Source: the human T2T-CHM13v2.0 reference genome, Homo sapiens
Assembly (NCBI RefSeq): GCF_009914755.1
Contig: NC_060947.1
Direction: 5' to 3' (one strand)
DNA length: 64,000 bases
The notes under the pieces are model-generated. The model saw only the letters and a list, made by a program, of their open reading frames with translations, was not told where the DNA came from and made no database searches. Position numbers and translations under genes: made by a program. Shown here in pieces: positions 58,761 through 64,000 of the stretch (positions are counted from its first letter, which is position 1; each line of letters starts with the position of its first letter).

Positions 58761-59120
58761 AGAATTCACCCTGCTTGACCTTACTGAGGCTTTTACCAAT
58801 GGTGACCACCTCATTCCTTTTAAAACTCTCTCCATGGCTTCCATGGAACTATGCTGATTATTATTATTATTATCGTAGAGACAGTTCTTGCCATATTGCC
58901 CAGGCTGATCTCAAATTCCTGGGCTGAAGTAATCTGCCCACCATGGCCTCCCTCAGTGTTGGGATTACAGGGATGAGCCACTGGACCTGGCCCAGGCTAA
59001 TTTTTCTCTGACCTCTTTGACTGATTCCAGTTTGTTTCCTTTGTTGGCTCCTCTTCCTCTATCTATCCCTGAAATGTAAGCATTCTCCACAGATCCTGTC
59101 CTTAGCCCTCATCCTTTCTA
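58200..59120 (+). mobile_element. L2 ORF2-derived fragments, split by an Alu monomer
   Basis: TGACCACCTCATTCCTTTTAAAACTCTCTCC...GGCTTCCATG; GATCCTGTCCTTAGCCCTC. Confidence 0.55.
58858..58992 (-). mobile_element. Alu left monomer with (TTA)n tail
   Basis: Single reverse arm. Confidence 0.87.
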
Positions 59121-59361
59121 CTCTCTCTTTTAATGCATATATTCACTGTGTCTTTTGAGAGAGGATAAAATTTTGCTGCTGTGAGTTGAATTAGATATTT
59201 GGGGCAGCTACTTTAGGTGATCATTTCACATATTCAATTAACTTCTCAACATGGATGACTACCTAATTCCTCTCATTCACTCATGTATACATCCATCAAT
59301 TATTCACTGAGTGCATACCATATAAGTAGAGTTGACTATACAATTTATTCTTCAGTGATGT

Positions 59362-60383
59362 GGAGCCAAGATGGCCAAATAGGAACAGCTACAGTCTACA
59401 GCTCCCAGCGTGAGCAACGCAGAAGACAAATGATTTCTGCATTTCCAACTAAGGTACCAGGTGCATCTCACTGGGGATTGTCGGACAGTGGGTGCAGGAC
59501 AGTGGGTGCAGCGCACTGAGAATCAGCCAAAGCAGGGTGAGGCATCGCCTCACCCAGGAAGTGCAAGGGGTTGGGGAATTCCCTTTCCTAGCCAAGGAAA
59601 GGGGTGACAGACAGCACCTGCTAAATCGGGTCACTCCCACCCTAATTCTGCGCTTTTCCGACGGTCTTAGCAAATGGCACACCAGGAGATTATATCCCGT
59701 GCCTGGCTCGGAGGGTCCTATGCCCACGGAGCCTCGCTCATTGCTAGCACAGCAGTCTGAGATCAAACTGCAAGGTGGCAGCGAGGCTGGGGGAGGGGCG
59801 CCCGCCATTGCCCAGGCTTGAATAGGTAAACAAAGTGGCCGGGAAGCTCAAACTGGGTGGAACCCACCACAGCTCAAGGAGGCCTGCCTGTCTCTGTAGA
59901 CTCCACCTCTGGGGACAGGGCGTAGCCAAACAAAAGGCAGCAGAATCCTCTGCAGACTTAAATGTCCCTGTCTGACAGCTTTGAAGAGAGTAGTGGTTCT
60001 CCCAGCACACAGCTGGAGATCTGAGAACGGACACACTGCCTCCTCAAGTGGGTCCCTGACCCCCGAGTAGCCAAACTGGGAGGCATCCCCAAGTAGGGGC
60101 AGACTGACACCTCACATGGCCGGGTACTCCTCTGAGACAAAACTTCCTGAGGAATGATCAGGCAGCAGCATTTGTGGTTCACCAATATCTGCTGTTCTGC
60201 AGCCACCGCTGCTGATACCCAGGCAAACAGGGTCTGGAGTGGACCTCCAGCAAACTCCAACAGACCTGCAGCTGAGGGTCCTGACTGTTAGAAGGAAAAC
60301 TAACAAACAGAAAGGACAGCCACACCAAAAACCTATCTGTACATCACCATCATCAAAGACCAAAGGTAGATAAAAACACAAAG
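59362..60383 (+). promoter_or_regulatory. L1 5' UTR (sense and antisense promoter region); YY1 site at 59367-59376
   Basis: CAAGATGGCC at the 5' end; many CpGs decayed to TG/CA. Confidence 0.8.
59449..59808 (-). CDS. L1 antisense ORF0 homologue, 119 aa open frame (expression unproven)
   Basis: MAGAPPPASLPPCSLISDCCASN... matches the primate L1 ORF0 N-terminus. Confidence 0.6.
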   Translation of the reverse strand: MAGAPPPASLPPCSLISDCCASNERGSVGIGPSEPGTGYNLLVCHLLRPSEKRRIRVGVTRFSRCCLSPLSLARKGNSPTPCTSWVRRCLTLLWLILSALHPLSCTHCPTIPSEMHLVP

Positions 60384-61395
60384 ATGGGGAAAAAACAGAG
60401 CAGAAAAACCGGAAACTCTAAAAATCAGAGTGCCTCTCCTCCACCAACACAGCTCCTCACCAGCAATGGAACAAAGCCGGATAGAGAATGACTTTGACGA
60501 GTTGAGAGAAGAAGGCTTCAGACAATCAAACTACTCCGAGCTAAAGGAGGAAGTTCAAGCCCATGGCAAAGAAGTTAAAAACATTGAAAAAAGATTAGAT
60601 GAATGGTTAACTAGAATAACCAATGCAGAGAAGTCCTTAAAGGACCTGACGGAGCTGAAAACCATGGCACGAGAACTACGTGACGAATGCACAAGCCTCA
60701 GTAGCCTATTTGATCAACTGGAAGAAAGGGTATCAGTGATGGAAAATCAAATGAATGAAATGAAGCGACAAGAGAAGTTTAGAGAAAAAAGAATAAAAAG
60801 AAACAAACAAAGCCTCCAAGAAATATGGGACTATGTGAAAAGACCAAATCTACATCTGATTGGTGTACCTGAAAGTGACAGGGAGAATGGAACCAAGTTG
60901 GAAAACACTCTGCAGGATATTATCCAGGAGAATTTCCCCAATCTAGCAAGGCAGTCCAACATTCAAATTCAGAAAATACAGAGAACGCCACAAAGATACT
61001 CCTCAAGAAGAGCAACTCTAAGACACATAATTGTCAGATTCACCAAAGTTGAAATGAAGGAAAAAATGTTAAGGGCAGCCAGAGAGAAAGGTCGAGTTAC
61101 CCACAAAGGGAAGCCCATCAGACTAACAGCTGATCTCTCGGCAGAAACTCTACAAGCCAGAAGAGAGTGGGGGCCAATATTCAACATTCTTAAAGAAAAG
61201 AATTTTCCACCCAGAATTTCATATCCGGCCAAACTAAGCTTCATAAGCGAAGGAGAAATAAAATACTTTACAGACAAGCAAATGCTGAGACATTTTGTCA
61301 CCACCAGGCCTGCCCTAAAAGAGCTCCTGAAGGAAGCGCTAAACATGGAAAGGAACAACCAGTACCAGCCACTGCAAAAACATGCCAAATTGTAA
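60384..61395 (+). pseudogene. L1 ORF1p, frameshifted at about codon 22; remainder open to TAA 61393-61395
   Basis: MGKKQSRKTGNSKNQSASPPP then a ~5-nt deletion; ATG frame stops at TGA 60489; REKG, ARR and YPAKLS motifs intact downstream. Confidence 0.92.
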
Positions 61396-61458
61396 AGACC
61401 ATCGAGGCTAGGAAGAAACTGCATCAACTAACAAGCAAAATAACCAGCTAACATCATA

Positions 61459-64000
<2,542 letters not shown>

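Noticed and set aside
60969-61427. 152-aa antisense ORF in L1 ORF1
   Set aside because: Antisense shadow of L1 ORF1, commonly open in L1PA copies

Overview
Primate (very probably human) intronic or intergenic DNA. It is AT-rich, CpG-depleted, has no CpG island, and is dominated by interspersed repeats: about 34 Alu copies or fragments, many old L1 fragments, MIR/L2, MaLR LTRs and small DNA transposons. From about 59362 to the window end lies a 5'-intact L1PA4-like LINE-1 with a frameshifted ORF1, a dead ORF2 and an open antisense ORF0. I could not recognise any host-gene coding exon. Almost all ORFs in the supplied track are Alu, L1 or microsatellite artefacts. Most L1 sequence is on the + strand and two strong minus-strand splice donors are present, which weakly suggests a large intron of a minus-strand gene (inference; gene not identified). 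I found no convincing new biological system. The most notable observations are a 423-nt Alu-tail polypurine (GAA)/(GGA) tract, a probable ancient L1 3' transduction, a probable twin-priming inversion in an old L1, a fold-back microsatellite cassette, several very short retro-insertions with target-site duplications (TSDs), and repeat-free motif-dense blocks that look like enhancers. Repeat subfamily calls come from remembered consensus features and need RepeatMasker/Dfam confirmation. Boundaries of old repeats are approximate.
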